Assembly (NCBI GenBank): GCA_025340205.1 | Contig: CP006868.1 | Span: forward strand, 540,001-572,000 | Direction of reading: 5' to 3' | Source: Ignicoccus pacificus DSM 13166 | GTDB taxonomy: Archaea; Thermoproteota; Thermoprotei_A; Sulfolobales; Ignicoccaceae | Length of the DNA: 32,000 bases | Part shown: positions 7,924 through 16,597 of the stretch, in pieces | Layout: each line of letters starts with the position of its first letter | Numbering within the stretch: position 1 is the stretch's first letter | The notes under the pieces: model-generated | The model's database searches: none | Seen by the model: the letters and a program-made list of their open reading frames with translations, nothing else | What the model was told of the DNA's origin: nothing | Translations under genes and position numbers: made by a program

Positions 7924-8604
7924 CTACCCGTATACTCCCGAGATCTCTTCATAGGCAGCTATTATTCTATCCGCAACCAGCCAAGAATCCAAGATGGTCG
8001 GAAATATGTACGCCTTTTCCTTAGCTATTTTATATGCTTCCAACCCGAAGTCCCCTCTCGGAAAGCCTTGCACGACTATTGGATATTCCCTTCCCATTTC
8101 AGCTATCCTCTTCGGAGGAACCAACCTCCCTCCGTGTTCGAGCAAAACTATCCCTTCTGTACCTATCACCTTCTTCACCAAGTACTCCAGACCCATATTC
8201 CTGATTTCCATCAATGGCTCGCCCTCCTCTGGTACCCTTCCTTCTTCGAACAACTTCTCCATTATTCCCAAGAACCTCTCATAGCTCCTTATTGGCTTCA
8301 TCTTCGGATTAACGAAGATAACGTAATCATCCCTAGTATGCACGTAGACCTCCAACAGACCCCTTTGATTGAGAGGAGAAGCGAGAGCAGCTAACAAGAA
8401 GGCGAAGACCATATCTGGCCTTCCTCTCATCTCCTTATCCTTCAAAGACTTCATAGCATGGAAATGGTAGCTCTTATCCAAGATCACTTTGGTCGGAGGT
8501 TTCCTCCTTCTCTCAGCATAAGCTCTAATTTGAGGATGGGAAGCGATCTCTCTGGGAACGGTCTCCAAGGCAGAATATGCCATTATGATCCTCAGCTTTC
8601 TCAC
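7924..8604 (-). CDS. nep1: rRNA small-subunit pseudouridine methyltransferase Nep1 (SPOUT/EMG1 family)
   Basis: N-terminal LRIIMAYSALETVPREI, the RGRPDMVF motif (family RGRPDIVH) and a C-terminal FPRGDF...LDSWLV segment. 226 aa, GTG start. Confidence 0.85.
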   Translation of the reverse strand: MRKLRIIMAYSALETVPREIASHPQIRAYAERRRKPPTKVILDKSYHFHAMKSLKDKEMRGRPDMVFAFLLAALASPLNQRGLLEVYVHTRDDYVIFVNPKMKPIRSYERFLGIMEKLFEEGRVPEEGEPLMEIRNMGLEYLVKKVIGTEGIVLLEHGGRLVPPKRIAEMGREYPIVVQGFPRGDFGLEAYKIAKEKAYIFPTILDSWLVADRIIAAYEEISGVYG

Positions 8605-8652
8605 TTGTAGATCCCATATTTACTCCCCCGTCAGAGGTCTAATTGAAGAGGT

Positions 8653-9018
8653 ATGGCCTGTCCGTATCTGCAAGAGACGGAGAAGGGGTTCCGGTGTCGG
8701 CTCACGGGGAAGAAGGTATCCGTAATGCTGAGGCCCTGCTTAGGGAACTATGAAGAATGTCCAATCTATTCCACCTACCATCCGAGAATGAGAGCCCTAT
8801 TTAAATGCTTAGTCAACTCCTTAAGCTTTAAGGATTATGAAACAGAGGACTTGATCTCCAGGATACAGTCGAAGAAAATGCCATGGGAAGCGGAGAGGTG
8901 CGAGGAGTGTGCTTGCTACTCCGAAAGGTACAAGATATGCCTCTTCGACATAACCAGTCATCGTAATGGGAGATGTCCTGTCAAGAGGTTTCTGGAGGAG
9001 GCTCAACGCAAGGAGTAA
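8653..9018 (+). CDS. Cys-rich hypothetical protein
   Basis: 121-aa ORF with an ATG start and clustered cysteines (CPYL...C.L...PC...ECP and CEECAC...C...C). No family recognised. Confidence 0.5.
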   Translation: MACPYLQETEKGFRCRLTGKKVSVMLRPCLGNYEECPIYSTYHPRMRALFKCLVNSLSFKDYETEDLISRIQSKKMPWEAERCEECACYSERYKICLFDITSHRNGRCPVKRFLEEAQRKE

Positions 9019-9890
9019 GCTATCACCTTGCCCAGCTGCGTTCCCACATAGAGATACTTCCCCCAGTAAACTGAGTAAGGCATCCTGGGCTCTAGGACCA
9101 AGATTTGATCTCCTCTGATATCGTATATCCTCACCTTCCCACCCATGGTATCCGCCACCGCTATGTATCTACAATCCGGAGAGAAGGTAACGCTCCAAGC
9201 CCTTCCTCCTATCTCCCTCTCCCACAAGAGCCTTAGCTTAGTTCCATTTGCTTTAAACAGCATTACAGAGGTGCTGGTACCTACCGCTAGGAGGCCTTTA
9301 CAATAAGATGTGCTCATGGCCTCCCTTCCTCCTAAGGGGTAAGTTTTGAGAATAGTTCCATTGAGTGAGAGCATCGTTATCCTCTCCTCTGTAAGTTCGG
9401 GAACATAAATTATCTTCCCATCGGTGCTCGGTTTCCCCACGAAGACCGTATCGTACTCCCAGAGCTTCTTGCCGTCGTAGGTGAAGGCAGCGCAGCCCAC
9501 GTAGCAAGCGACGAAGAACTTCTTGAAGGCGACTAGTTTTCCCTTAAAGCTGTACACCTTGAAGGACCTTATGGTGCCGTTCGGTAGGTATACGTAAGCG
9601 TTTCCGTTGTAATTAGTAAAGACGAACAGCTTTCCGTTTGTCCCGACCCCTGACATCGCCGGAGCAGCGCAAACCCCGCTCACGTTGGCACAGAACTTGT
9701 AGAACAATGATGTTCCATTGAGCAAGTAGGCGCAGGTGTCGTCAGAGGCCACCCCTAACAAGGCGCCATTGGAGGTCATGTCCTCTACCTTTCCCCACGT
9801 TTGAAATACGAAGACCTTAGATACGTTCAATGCCATTAAAGGTAGCAGAAGGATTAATAACAGTAGCGAGTTCCTCATGCTTTTTACCAA
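9003..9890 (-). CDS. secreted beta-propeller-like protein
   Basis: N-terminal signal-like LLLLILLLPLMALN. Repeated beta-strand blocks include a WD40/PQQ-like segment VTFSPDCRYIAVADTMGGKVRIYD. Its start overlaps the stop of the upstream gene 9884-11182 by 7 nt. Confidence 0.7.
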   Translation of the reverse strand: MVKSMRNSLLLLILLLPLMALNVSKVFVFQTWGKVEDMTSNGALLGVASDDTCAYLLNGTSLFYKFCANVSGVCAAPAMSGVGTNGKLFVFTNYNGNAYVYLPNGTIRSFKVYSFKGKLVAFKKFFVACYVGCAAFTYDGKKLWEYDTVFVGKPSTDGKIIYVPELTEERITMLSLNGTILKTYPLGGREAMSTSYCKGLLAVGTSTSVMLFKANGTKLRLLWEREIGGRAWSVTFSPDCRYIAVADTMGGKVRIYDIRGDQILVLEPRMPYSVYWGKYLYVGTQLGKVIAYSLR

Positions 9891-11182
9891 GGTATCTTCT
9901 TGCCGGGATTAAGTATCATGTTCGGATCCATAGCCAACTTCACCTTCCTCCATAGTTCCAAGGTCTCTTCGGGAACCTCGCACTTCACCAAGGGTAGCTT
10001 GAGGAGACCTATTCCGTGCTCGCCGCTGACCGAAGCCCTAAACCTCTTACTCATCTCACAAGCCATTTCAGTTGCCTTCCTTATCGCGTCCTCAAGCCAG
10101 TCCTCCTTCTTAGGAGGTAGCAAGTTCACGTGAAGGTTTCCGTCCCCCACGTGGCCGAATACCGCCACGTTCCACTCACCAGCGCTTTCGTACACGAATT
10201 TTATTGCTTGAGAGAGTTGGCTTATGGGAACGGCTATGTCCCAATCAGATCTGGACCCGTACTTGTAGGTCAGCGCTTGTCCTCCCAGCTTGCGGTACTT
10301 CCATATCTCCTCATAATCCCTCTCCATTACCTCAAGCCTTTCCTTTACAATGTCTATCTTCTTGTCAGCATCCTCATCATCAAATTCCACCAATAAGGCG
10401 TCCCTTTCAGGGAGCTTGAAGGGCGCGGAGGGGTGCACATTGACCGCCATTACAGTATTCGAATCCATGAATTCGAGGGCCGAAGGATTCAGGTCCAGGA
10501 GCTCAGCAACCAAGTCCCCGAGTTCATCTACCTCGACGAAAGCAATCACGGCCTTCCTTTCCTTAGGTACTTTCTCCAACTTCAGCAACGCCTTGGTTAT
10601 CACTCCTAATGTGCCCTCTGAACCGATGAGGAGCTGCTGGATCCTCATCCAAGTGCTGCTTTTTCTAGTCCATGAACCGCTCCACACTACCTCTCCCGTC
10701 GGAGTTACGAACTCCAGTCCTTGCACTCTGTCGGCCGTTACTCCGTACTTAACGGCCCTTATCCCTCCAGCGTTGGTCGCTACCATCCCACCTATGGTAG
10801 CTATGTCGTAACTTCCAGGATCTACTGGAAACCAGAGGGAGTACTCCTTCAAGACTTCGTTGAGCTCCGAGGGCTTCCAAGAGGCCCCCACTAGGGCAAG
10901 TTTGTCCTTGGGAGAAACCTCAAGGTAATCTAACAAGGAGGTGTCGAGTATTGCCCCTCCGTTTGGGAGGGGCGAACCTACGAGGCTGGTACCGCCACCA
11001 AAGGGGTATATTGATACCTTCTCTCCATTGGCCCACCTAATAACCTTTGCCACCTCTTGGGCATCTTTTGGAAAGAACGCCAGCTCGGGATAATCTCCCT
11101 TGAGAGGGGAGGCGTCGTGGAGATAAGCTTTGAATAACTCTTCATCTTGAAGGCAAAGAACTCCTATGTCGGGGCACTTCAC
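9884..11182 (-). CDS. FAD-linked oxidase (GlcD / D-lactate dehydrogenase family)
   Basis: FAD-binding PCMH-type motifs: YPFGGGTSLVG, GGMVATNAGGIRAVKYG, GSEGTLGVITK and a C-terminal SGEHGIG. Confidence 0.9.
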   Translation of the reverse strand: MKCPDIGVLCLQDEELFKAYLHDASPLKGDYPELAFFPKDAQEVAKVIRWANGEKVSIYPFGGGTSLVGSPLPNGGAILDTSLLDYLEVSPKDKLALVGASWKPSELNEVLKEYSLWFPVDPGSYDIATIGGMVATNAGGIRAVKYGVTADRVQGLEFVTPTGEVVWSGSWTRKSSTWMRIQQLLIGSEGTLGVITKALLKLEKVPKERKAVIAFVEVDELGDLVAELLDLNPSALEFMDSNTVMAVNVHPSAPFKLPERDALLVEFDDEDADKKIDIVKERLEVMERDYEEIWKYRKLGGQALTYKYGSRSDWDIAVPISQLSQAIKFVYESAGEWNVAVFGHVGDGNLHVNLLPPKKEDWLEDAIRKATEMACEMSKRFRASVSGEHGIGLLKLPLVKCEVPEETLELWRKVKLAMDPNMILNPGKKIPW

Positions 11183-11233
11183 TTTTGGTTCCCCAGAACG
11201 GTAAAGATGACCCCTTAACTCCTTTGGATGTCC

Positions 11234-11734
11234 TCACTTCTCCTTCTCCACCTTTATCCCCGCCATGTAAAGCAACATTTGTCCCATCATCTTCTTCAGC
11301 TCTTTCATATCATCAACTAAGAGGTCAACCTTGTTGTCCAGCCTAGCAACCGCCACTTTGAGTTCCTCCACATCTTTCTCGAGCTCGTAAACTCTATGCT
11401 CCAAGGAGTCGAGCCTTTTGTTGGTATCGTCTATTCTTTTATTCAGCTCGTCCCTAACTAGCTCTATCTTCTTGTCCAGCCTTTCCTCAGTTGCTTTGAT
11501 ATCATTCCTTAGTCTTTCCTCAGTCTCCTTTATCATCTCTCTGTTCAATTGAATCTGCCTTGAAAGCTCGTCATATCTCAATCTGACCTCGTTTAGAACC
11601 ATGAAGAGCAATAGGAAGTTCGCTTCTTCACTCGTTAAAGGCTTTCCGCTTTGAATTTTATTTATCAGCTCTCCGAACTTCTCTCTTGCAAAATCATAGG
11701 CAATCTCTAAGGTCTTGTCGACCAAGAAGGCCAA
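11234..11734 (-). CDS. coiled-coil protein
   Basis: 166 aa dominated by heptad-like E/K/L/R repeats (EERLRNDIKATEERLDKKIELVRDELNKRIDDTNKRLDSLEHRVYELEKDVEELK) with a short hydrophobic C-terminus. A TATA-like ataaatac (minus strand) lies about 30 nt upstream. Confidence 0.65.
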   Translation of the reverse strand: MAFLVDKTLEIAYDFAREKFGELINKIQSGKPLTSEEANFLLLFMVLNEVRLRYDELSRQIQLNREMIKETEERLRNDIKATEERLDKKIELVRDELNKRIDDTNKRLDSLEHRVYELEKDVEELKVAVARLDNKVDLLVDDMKELKKMMGQMLLYMAGIKVEKEK

Positions 11735-11887
11735 CTTTATCCCTCCAATAAGATGGGGAGATTGTATTTATGCGAGAGAGTTGGGCGGAAGTTTTTGACT
11801 CATAGGACGAAAGGGTCCATCTCAAAGCGCTCTTAGGAAGCTCGCTCAGGGAAAGGCTATTCAGAAGCCCCGCTTAAGGAGGGATCG

Positions 11888-12820
11888 GTGGAGACCGTGT
11901 ACAACGTCCCCCTCAAGACCTTCAACTGGTTCGTTGAGATACAGACTCCGTGTTCTGCTCACATGCACGGAATAGTAAAAATGTTGTACTCTGGAAGGAG
12001 CAAGTACCAAGAGATAGTGGTGGCCGAGCTCTGTAACGTAGGAAAGGCACTCGTACTTGACGGCAAGATCCAGTCCTCCCTGTACGACGAGTGGATCTAC
12101 CACGAGAGCTTAGTTCACCCGGTAATGTTAGCTCATCCAAACCCCAAGAGGGTGGCCGTGATAGGTGGCGGGGAGGGTGCTACCATAAGGGAAGTCTTGA
12201 AGCACGACGTAGAGGAAGTAGTAATGGTTGACCTAGATGAGGAGGTAATTAAGGTAGCTAAGGAATACCTTCCCGAGTGGCACCAAGGAGCCTTCGACGA
12301 TCCTAGGACGAAGCTGGTAATTCAAGACGGGAGGAAGTTCTTGGAAGAGCTCGAGCCCGGAAGCTTCGACGTAATAATCCTAGACCTAGTCGATCCCACT
12401 GAAGGGGCTCCCGCCGCAAAGCTCTACACCAAGGAGTTCTATCAGCTCGTCAAGAGGGCGCTAAAGGACAACGGAATAATGGTTACCCAAGCTACCTCTA
12501 CTTCCTACACCTTAAAGATGTTCACAGTAATATACAGGACCGTAAAGGAGGTCTTCGAGAACGCCGGAGGTTATCATTCCTTCGTCCAAGCCTTCGACGC
12601 CACTTGGGGCTTCGTGTGGGGCTCTGACAAGCTGGATCCGTCGAAACTGAGCTCCGAGGAAATCGACAAGCTCATAAAGGAGAGGATAAAGGGAGAGCTG
12701 AAGTACTACGACGGAACCACTCACTTGGGCATGTTCGCCCTCCCCAAGCACGTCAGAAAGGCTATGGAAGAAGAAACCGTGGTCAGCACCGACGAGAAGC
12801 CCTTCCTCCTCGAGATATGA
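11888..12820 (+). CDS. speE: spermidine synthase / polyamine aminopropyltransferase
   Basis: SKYQEIVV, the AdoMet-site motif VIGGGEGATIREVLKH, MVDLDEEVI, and IILDLVDPTEGAPAAKLYT. Confidence 0.9.
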   Translation: METVYNVPLKTFNWFVEIQTPCSAHMHGIVKMLYSGRSKYQEIVVAELCNVGKALVLDGKIQSSLYDEWIYHESLVHPVMLAHPNPKRVAVIGGGEGATIREVLKHDVEEVVMVDLDEEVIKVAKEYLPEWHQGAFDDPRTKLVIQDGRKFLEELEPGSFDVIILDLVDPTEGAPAAKLYTKEFYQLVKRALKDNGIMVTQATSTSYTLKMFTVIYRTVKEVFENAGGYHSFVQAFDATWGFVWGSDKLDPSKLSSEEIDKLIKERIKGELKYYDGTTHLGMFALPKHVRKAMEEETVVSTDEKPFLLEI

Positions 12821-12850
12821 TTTTCTTCCCCTCCCGTCTCCCAACCGGAG

Positions 12851-13546
12851 TTGAGGTTGGAGGAGAGGGAGGTCGAGAGACTCCTTTACGTAGTCCCTTC
12901 AATCGTCTTGTTCTTAGCTCTGACAAATACTTCAATGGCCTCCCTCTCCTTTATTGGTCTCTTATCCTCCGCCGTGCTCTACTTCCTAGGTTATCCGGGA
13001 CCTGCCACCGCTACCTTGTTCTCCACAGCAGTTTCCGTCGGCTTGAAAGCCTTAGATTCCTACATCTCACAGCCTAGAATAATAAAGATCTACACAAATA
13101 CAACCGTGACTAAGGTTCTCGTCGTTACAGCTAAAAGCGTAGAGATAAGGACTTCTATGATCACAGTAACCGAGACTCTAACGGAAACTTACTTTAAAAC
13201 CAGAAACATAACTTTGACCAACACAAAAACTATAACTTTAACAAAGACCTTCTGTGGGAAAATAATCAAGCTAGTCAGCTACACTATACTCCCACCGGCC
13301 AGATGCGACGAGGTGTTCGCTTGTACCGCCCCTCCAGACGTCAACCTCTTCATTGGTGAGAACTTAACTGTAGGAACGATGCCTCTCCCCGGCACTCCCC
13401 CTACCTTGATCTACACACCCATAGGAAGGTGGGAAAACGTCGAATGTAATTCGACGTTTACGTTGAAAGAAGGTGAAAGAATTCTCATCGCAAGGCCTTA
13501 CTTTGGTCAGCCGCCGGAGAACGTGACGATATCTTGCGTGCGTTAG
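12851..13546 (+). CDS. membrane-anchored Thr-rich surface protein
   Basis: TTG start and two N-terminal hydrophobic spans. A Thr-rich beta-like stretch follows (TNTTVTKVLVVTAKSVEIRTSMITVTETLTETYFKTRNITLTNTKTITLTKT). It has six N-x-S/T sequons. Confidence 0.55.
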   Translation: MRLEEREVERLLYVVPSIVLFLALTNTSMASLSFIGLLSSAVLYFLGYPGPATATLFSTAVSVGLKALDSYISQPRIIKIYTNTTVTKVLVVTAKSVEIRTSMITVTETLTETYFKTRNITLTNTKTITLTKTFCGKIIKLVSYTILPPARCDEVFACTAPPDVNLFIGENLTVGTMPLPGTPPTLIYTPIGRWENVECNSTFTLKEGERILIARPYFGQPPENVTISCVR

Positions 13547-14718
13547 AGCTTCTTTACGGCTCTCACATATATCTCCTTAGCCTTGTAGAGATGGTCTATA
13601 GGTACCCACTCGTTTGGAGTATGGGCTACCTCCAGATGACCTGGACCTATTACTACTGCATCGCTTCCAGCGGTTCCGTAGAACCTCTGATCGGTTCCGC
13701 CGGAGAGCACGACCTTCTTGACGGGTAGCTCCATTTCCTTTAATGTTTCTTCTAATACCTTAACTATCTTTGAGTCTTCGCTAACCACGTATCCATCCAT
13801 AGCCATGGCTTCCACGTACTCACCTCCGGCCTTCTCGACCGCTCTCCTCAGCACTTCCCTCGCTTGCTCGGCCTCTACCTCCGGGATCAACCTTAGATCT
13901 ATTGAGAACTCGGCTTCTCCGGGGACGCTGTTGAAGTTGGAGGTTCCCACCCTAACTATTCCTCCGAAGTTGACCGTTATCGTTTTAGCCAAGGGATGAC
14001 CCATCGCATATTCATACTTGCTATACACCATCGAAAAGGCGTTCTTCAACTCCTCCTCTATTAGGGGTAAGGCCTTAGCTGCCTTCACGAAGGCGTTCTC
14101 TCCTAGCCACGGAGCTGAGGCGTGAGCTTGCTTGCCCCTGAACCTTGCCCATGCCCACACCGCTCCCTTGTGACCTATGTCTATTTCCAAGTTGGAGGGC
14201 TCTCCTATTATTACGTACTTAGGTATGGGGAAATCCTTGCTTAGAACGTTAACTCTATATTCAGTGCCACATGCCCCTCCTATCTCTTCATCTGGAACAG
14301 CGACGAGTTGCACATCGTCCAGCTCGCAGAAGGCTGAGGTCATTGAGGCGAGTCCTCCCTTCATGTCAACAGCTCCTCTTCCGTAGAGCTTGTTTCCTTC
14401 GATCCAAGGATCGAAGGGATCCCTCTTCCAGCCCGTTCCGGGAGGGACGACGTCGTAATGACCGTTGAACTCGAGCTTAGGATCTCCCTTTCTCGCTATT
14501 ATGATATACCTGTCATAATCCGCGCGACATCTCTCCTTTCTATATTCATCGTCGACCTTGTAGACCTTCACTTCATCCGCGCATTTCTCCAAAATTCCCT
14601 TCATGAACTCGGCGAACCTCTTGAACTCAGGAGCGTATTCCTTCACTTCCTCTGTATTCTCCTTTAGGGATACAGTTTTGAACTTGATCATTTCCTTGAG
14701 AAGCTCCACGGGATCCAA
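13543..14718 (-). CDS. M20-family metallopeptidase (ArgE/DapE/CPG2 type)
   Basis: FNGHYDVVPPG, GRGAVDMKGG, VPDEEIGG and GEPS motifs. 391 aa. Confidence 0.9.
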   Translation of the reverse strand: MDPVELLKEMIKFKTVSLKENTEEVKEYAPEFKRFAEFMKGILEKCADEVKVYKVDDEYRKERCRADYDRYIIIARKGDPKLEFNGHYDVVPPGTGWKRDPFDPWIEGNKLYGRGAVDMKGGLASMTSAFCELDDVQLVAVPDEEIGGACGTEYRVNVLSKDFPIPKYVIIGEPSNLEIDIGHKGAVWAWARFRGKQAHASAPWLGENAFVKAAKALPLIEEELKNAFSMVYSKYEYAMGHPLAKTITVNFGGIVRVGTSNFNSVPGEAEFSIDLRLIPEVEAEQAREVLRRAVEKAGGEYVEAMAMDGYVVSEDSKIVKVLEETLKEMELPVKKVVLSGGTDQRFYGTAGSDAVVIGPGHLEVAHTPNEWVPIDHLYKAKEIYVRAVKKL

Positions 14719-14754
14719 AGGAAGGCGCCCACAATACCTTCGAGAGACTGGTAT

Positions 14755-15408
14755 TTAGTAAACGGTAACTATCCTCTCACCCCTCTCCTCCCTGGCTATC
14801 CTCAAGCCCTCAGCTGCCTTGGCGACTGCTTCCCTAGGCCTTTTACCTATTCCAATTCCTATCTTGACCTCCTTGAAGAGGTTGAGGACCGATGATGCAA
14901 ATGAGAATGCTTCCTCCTTTCCCAAGAAGGCTATTACGTTGTCTCCTCCGAGGTAGGAGACCACCCCTCCCAAGGGGAGGGCCATCTTCACAAGGGTATC
15001 AAACATTCCTACCGCTTCCACGTAGCCCAAGTAGTGAGGCCTTACACTAATGTGGTCTATGTCTACGTGAACCGCCGTAACTGGACCTTCTTCCCCTTCT
15101 TCGAGAGGGTTCCAAAGGGCTTCGAGGGGAGTTCTACCATAGCCTACTATCACCTTGAGGGGCACAGGGGAGGCCTTCTCTATTTCCTTTACCACATTTT
15201 CGAAGCAATTGATATCAACGTTGTTTAAGATAAAGGTCAAGACGTCTCTTCGTGTGGGTAAGTAGAAGGCCTCGCACTCGGAAGCCTTCAGGGAGGAGAT
15301 CTTATCTAATTCCCCCTGAACGGCTTGTATCTTCCATTCCCTATCGCTTCCCAGACTTTCCGTCCACTCTCTGTATCCCTCGAGAACCACCCTTGCTGCC
15401 TTGTACAT
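14755..15408 (-). CDS. arfA: GTP cyclohydrolase III (GGDN family)
   Basis: The N-terminal VVLEGYREWTESLG resembles the family's ...IDNYGPWT... segment. The YLGGDNVIAF (GGDN) motif is present. An SD-like ggagaagggg lies directly upstream of the ATG. Confidence 0.7.
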   Translation of the reverse strand: MYKAARVVLEGYREWTESLGSDREWKIQAVQGELDKISSLKASECEAFYLPTRRDVLTFILNNVDINCFENVVKEIEKASPVPLKVIVGYGRTPLEALWNPLEEGEEGPVTAVHVDIDHISVRPHYLGYVEAVGMFDTLVKMALPLGGVVSYLGGDNVIAFLGKEEAFSFASSVLNLFKEVKIGIGIGKRPREAVAKAAEGLRIAREERGERIVTVY

Positions 15409-16507
15409 CCCCTTCTCCGCTCTCCCCGCTATCCCTCCCTTTACTCTTCTTCCTTAGAAGCCAGAGCCTCCTCTTGTACTCGCTCAGCGGATGATTCTTT
15501 TTACACTCCTCCTTCCCGGGACATAGGTTCCACGAGAATAAGGTTCTGCACGATGGAGGGCTATATTTCGTCCTGGAACCCCTCAGACCCGCCAAGTGCT
15601 CTACTTGGTACCTCGCTATCCTTTCATTGAAGTCTGGAGCTCTGGAGAATACCTCTAGGACTTCGTCGACATCTAATCCTACGTTGAGTAAGAAGGTAGC
15701 TAGAGTGAATCTTTCCTGATGTGAAAGGTTCTCGCCGTCCAAAGCTCTGCGGTAAATTAGGGAAATGCAAGGAGGCAGTGCCTCCGGAACGAGACCTTGA
15801 ACCTCCACGCTTATCTTTCTCTTTTTCTGTATGCCCCTTCTAACCTCCTTTGCCAACTCCTCAACTATTTCCCTTATCTTGTCCGGCAACGCCTCTACAT
15901 CTATCCTACCTATTTCGTTTATGTCATTAACGACCTTTTTGTAAACGGCTTCTTGAGCGAGTCTCACCACCTCCTCAGGCTTCAAGTAGACGAACCCCCC
16001 AACCAAGGCCTTGTTTACTACTTTCCAATGGGCATCGCTCAAGAACCTAGTAGCGAGGGAGACGTAGGTGGGAAGGCTCATTCTAGCTGGGTAAACCTCG
16101 CTGAGCGTGCTGCCCTTGTACACCCTTACAGGGACGGAGAGAGGTTTACTCAAGGTCTCTACGTCATACCCCATTATTCTCAAGACGTTGACCACTACCC
16201 CGAGATCGTCCTTGGAGAAGTTGTCGTAGGCCTCCGTGGCTATTTCGTTAGCCAGCTTGTTCTTGAGCCACTTGTCATCTAAGGCCGCTGCAATGATTAT
16301 TGCCAGCTTGTAGCCTAGAACGGTGCAAAGCTCGTCACATTTGTATTTCTCCTTGGTCTTTCCAATAGCCCTTTCCAGCAAGTTTTTTGCTTTTTCTATG
16401 CCTTCTGGCACCATATCCAAGAGCTCCGTTGCGTCGAGCTCCTCGCCAAAGATTATTCTGCTTACCTTCGAGAGGTCGGCAATGAAGGGGTACTTCGAAT
16501 AGATCAA
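15341..16507 (-). CDS. priL: DNA primase large subunit PriL
   Basis: The C-terminal Fe-S domain pattern is present: PPCISLIYRRA...LSHQERFTLATFLLNVGL...ARYQVEHLAG...YSPPSCRTLFSWNLCPG...C. A basic Gly/Ser tail overlaps the arfA start by 68 nt. Confidence 0.85.
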   Translation of the reverse strand: MIYSKYPFIADLSKVSRIIFGEELDATELLDMVPEGIEKAKNLLERAIGKTKEKYKCDELCTVLGYKLAIIIAAALDDKWLKNKLANEIATEAYDNFSKDDLGVVVNVLRIMGYDVETLSKPLSVPVRVYKGSTLSEVYPARMSLPTYVSLATRFLSDAHWKVVNKALVGGFVYLKPEEVVRLAQEAVYKKVVNDINEIGRIDVEALPDKIREIVEELAKEVRRGIQKKRKISVEVQGLVPEALPPCISLIYRRALDGENLSHQERFTLATFLLNVGLDVDEVLEVFSRAPDFNERIARYQVEHLAGLRGSRTKYSPPSCRTLFSWNLCPGKEECKKNHPLSEYKRRLWLLRKKSKGRDSGESGEGDVQGSKGGSRGIQRVDGKSGKR

Positions 16508-16543
16508 CCTTCATCGAGTTCCCTAGCTCGAAAGAGCTTATTA

Positions 16544-16567
16544 GAGGGTTACCGCAAGATAACCCTC
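16544..16567. promoter_or_regulatory. 8-bp perfect inverted repeat in the priL / S9-peptidase divergent promoter
   Basis: gagggtta (16544-16551), an 8-nt spacer, then taaccctc (16560-16567). It is flanked by TATA-like cttatta and gctaata elements that face the two divergent genes. Confidence 0.35.
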
Positions 16568-16597
16568 ATGCTAATACCTCCCCCATAGCACAACTAG

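Noticed and set aside
7891-8394. 167-aa and 96-aa plus-strand ORFs antisense to nep1.
   Set aside because: They are embedded in the well-supported Nep1 frame, and their translations are Ser/Pro/Leu/His-rich with no motif.
10130-10811. Plus-strand ORFs (10130-10396, 10204-10419, 10350-10811) antisense to the FAD-linked oxidase gene.
   Set aside because: They are shadow frames. The minus-strand frame carries the FAD-binding motifs across the whole region.
13190-13250. Short DNA-level direct repeats (ataactttgacc and ataactttaaca) inside the Thr-rich protein gene.
   Set aside because: They simply encode the repetitive ITLT/TITLT peptide. There is no evidence of an independent element.
15797-16282. 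161-aa plus-strand ORF antisense to priL.
   Set aside because: It is embedded in the PriL frame, which carries recognisable conserved blocks. No independent signals support it.
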